DNA of 26,689 nt from a virus (lineage: Duplodnaviria > Caudoviricetes), in IMG/VR virus record IMGVR_UViG_3300037589_000106, positions 1 to 26,689 of that record, one strand, 5' to 3'. How positions within the stretch are numbered: the stretch's first letter is position 1; every line of letters starts with the position of its first letter. Under the pieces are notes generated by a model. That model searched no databases. It was not told the origin of the DNA and saw nothing but the letters and a program-made list of their open reading frames with translations. Shown here piece after piece: positions 25,058 through 26,689 of the stretch. The position numbers were made by a program, and so were the translations under genes.

Positions 25058-25299
25058 CTATCCTGCGTTGCGAAACCCGCGCCCACTGCCGGGCTTGCCG
25101 AACCGATCCCGACTGGTGCGAGCGTGTCGTCGGCGCGCGCGAGTTCGAGTGTCCACACGGCGTAACAGCGGGCAGCCTGCCCAGCCGCGGCCTCGGCGAC
25201 ACCATCGCCAAGGCGACCAAGGCCGTCGGCATCAAGCCCTGCGGCGGTTGCAAGAAGCGGCAGGCGATACTGAACAAGATCGTGCCGTACAAGAAGTAG
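25039..25299 (+). CDS. Small Cys-rich protein with a GLGD...CGGC motif
   Basis: HCRACR...ECPHG...GLGDTIAKATKAVGIKPCGGCKKRQAILN; last gene of the late operon. Confidence 0.8.
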   Translation: MREYSLAILRCETRAHCRACRTDPDWCERVVGAREFECPHGVTAGSLPSRGLGDTIAKATKAVGIKPCGGCKKRQAILNKIVPYKK

Positions 25300-25321
25300 C
25301 TGCTGGCGAAGCGTTGCCCGA

Positions 25322-25458
25322 TCGGGAAGCACGCGACCTTAGCATGACAAGCCCGATCAAAACCGCGAGGCTGCCCGGCTCGGGTACCGCCGCGCCGGGC
25401 ACGCTGTAACCGGCGAACACGCCGCCCACAGTGCAATTGCCGGGAGAATCTTTCTCAT
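25322..25458 (-). pseudogene. Signal peptide plus out-of-frame PEP-CTERM sorting signal with no passenger domain
   Basis: GAGGT upstream; ATG 25458 gives MRKILPAIALWAACSPVTA. The -1 frame gives VPEPGSLAVLIGLVMLRSRASR from 25387. Confidence 0.6.
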
Positions 25459-25505
25459 GGTCTAAAAGTACCTCGCGATCGGTCTCGGGGCAATGGCTTC
25501 GGGGA

Positions 25506-26689
25506 TTATCCGTAAACAATCTCTTCCTGCGCCGCTTCCTGCTCGCTCGACGCCGCGTTGTGCATCGCCGCGGTCTCGGCGTCGAAGTGCAGACGGACCA
25601 CGCCAGTCGGCCCGTTGCGTTGCTTGGCGATGATGACCTCGGCCGTGTTTGTGTAAATCCACGACGGGTCTTTCTTTTTGTATTCGTCCTCCCGATACAG
25701 CAGCGCGATATTGTCGGCGTCCTGCTCGATCGACCCAGACTCGCGCAGGTCGCTGGACCTCGGCCGCTTGTCCTCCCGGGCTTCAAGCTGGCGGTTCAGT
25801 TGAGACAAAACGACCAGCGCGACATCGAACTCGCGGGCAATCAGCTTGCAGTGCCGGGACAGGCCGGACACTTCCTCCTGACGATTGGGCGACTTCTCGC
25901 CAACCATGAGCTGTAGATAGTCCACGAAGAACACGCGGGCGCCGATCGAAGAAACCATTGTGCGGACCCGTTGGCGTAGCTGGGGGATCGTCACGCCGGG
26001 CCGGTCGTCGATCGCGATCGGCAGCTTGCCCAGCGTGTCCCGCGCATCTCTCAGGTTCAACCCTTCCATGCTATGCGGCGGTAGTTTGCCTTCGGTGATC
26101 CGTTCGGAGTTGACCCGAGACAACCCGGCCTCCATCCGCAGCCGAAGCTCGCCGCGGCTCATCTCCATCGAGTGGATGCAACAGGGCGTCCCGTTCTTCG
26201 CCATGCCGATCGCCATGCCGGTCATCATCGCCGACTTGCCCATGCTCGGACGTGCCCCGACGACGGTCAGCGAGCCGGGCCGGATCTTCAACTGTCGGTC
26301 GAGCTCAACGTACCCGGTGGCGAAGGGTTCGCCGATCAGCGACGTGTCGCCGCTGCCGATGTCGCCGACCATCGAGCATCCCGTCCCGCCGGTGTGCCCG
26401 TCGAGCGCGGCGCCAACCGCCATCGCTTCGGCCTGGACCTTGTCGAGCAGCGTGGCGATGTCGTCCTTGGATTCGTACCCCTCGACGATGACCCGCTGGC
26501 CGAACGCGACGAGCTGCCGCTTGGTGTGCATCGCGACGACCGCCTCGGCCAGCGTTTTGGCCGCCTGCGGGCTCGGGTGCCTCTCGGTCTCGTACACGTC
26601 GATCAGGTAGTTCACGCCGCCGACGTTGCTCAGCAAGCCACGGCCGGCCAGCACGGCTTCGACGGCCGTCAGGTGCGGCTCGCCGCCCT
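25506..26689 (-). CDS. dnaB: Replicative DNA helicase, DnaB family (5' end beyond the window)
   Basis: GARPSMGKS, SMEM, VDYLQL, LSQLNR, SDLRESGSIEQDAD, IIAKQRNGPTG; the frame is open to the window edge. Confidence 0.96.
   Translation of the reverse strand, partial: GGEPHLTAVEAVLAGRGLLSNVGGVNYLIDVYETERHPSPQAAKTLAEAVVAMHTKRQLVAFGQRVIVEGYESKDDIATLLDKVQAEAMAVGAALDGHTGGTGCSMVGDIGSGDTSLIGEPFATGYVELDRQLKIRPGSLTVVGARPSMGKSAMMTGMAIGMAKNGTPCCIHSMEMSRGELRLRMEAGLSRVNSERITEGKLPPHSMEGLNLRDARDTLGKLPIAIDDRPGVTIPQLRQRVRTMVSSIGARVFFVDYLQLMVGEKSPNRQEEVSGLSRHCKLIAREFDVALVVLSQLNRQLEAREDKRPRSSDLRESGSIEQDADNIALLYREDEYKKKDPSWIYTNTAEVIIAKQRNGPTGVVRLHFDAETAAMHNAASSEQEAAQEEIVYG

Noticed and set aside
22265-25299. Diversity-generating retroelement targeting tail genes
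   Set aside because: No reverse transcriptase and no TR/VR repeat pair was noticed in the window.
3731-25299. Stop-codon reassignment
   Set aside because: TAA, TAG and TGA all end genes at sensible boundaries, and core genes are full length under the standard code.
25232-25786. 184-aa ORF as an intact PEP-CTERM protein
   Set aside because: Its first half is an alternate frame of dnaB and it lacks a signal peptide; only the VPEP segment looks meaningful.

Overview
A ~26.7 kb segment of a GC-rich, HK97/lambda-like tailed phage or prophage (siphovirus-type layout). Left, on the minus strand, is the start of an early operon: Xis-like HTH, small ORFs, a beta-class N4/N6 DNA methyltransferase and an HNH nuclease. 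It diverges from a ribbon-helix-helix regulator across an AT-rich spacer carrying a 16-bp inverted repeat. A DUF4177-like membrane gene and a non-coding cluster of CTAAGC repeats follow. A long plus-strand operon (3731-25299) then holds an atypical lysis-position block (DUF1353, lipoprotein, holin-like protein, a signal-peptide beta-helix protein, a pectate-lyase/LamG fusion and a third large protein) with no recognisable endolysin. After it come packaging HNH, TerS, TerL, portal, S49 protease, HK97 capsid, head-tail genes, tail tube, a -1 frameshifting chaperone, a short tape measure and an unusual Cys-rich tail end. At the right edge a DnaB helicase (minus strand, 5'-truncated) converges on the late operon and is followed by a signal-peptide/PEP-CTERM remnant. 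No integrase, CRISPR array, rRNA or tRNA was seen. A Planctomycetota-like Gram-negative host is an inference only. All family assignments come from motif recognition by eye, not from database searches.
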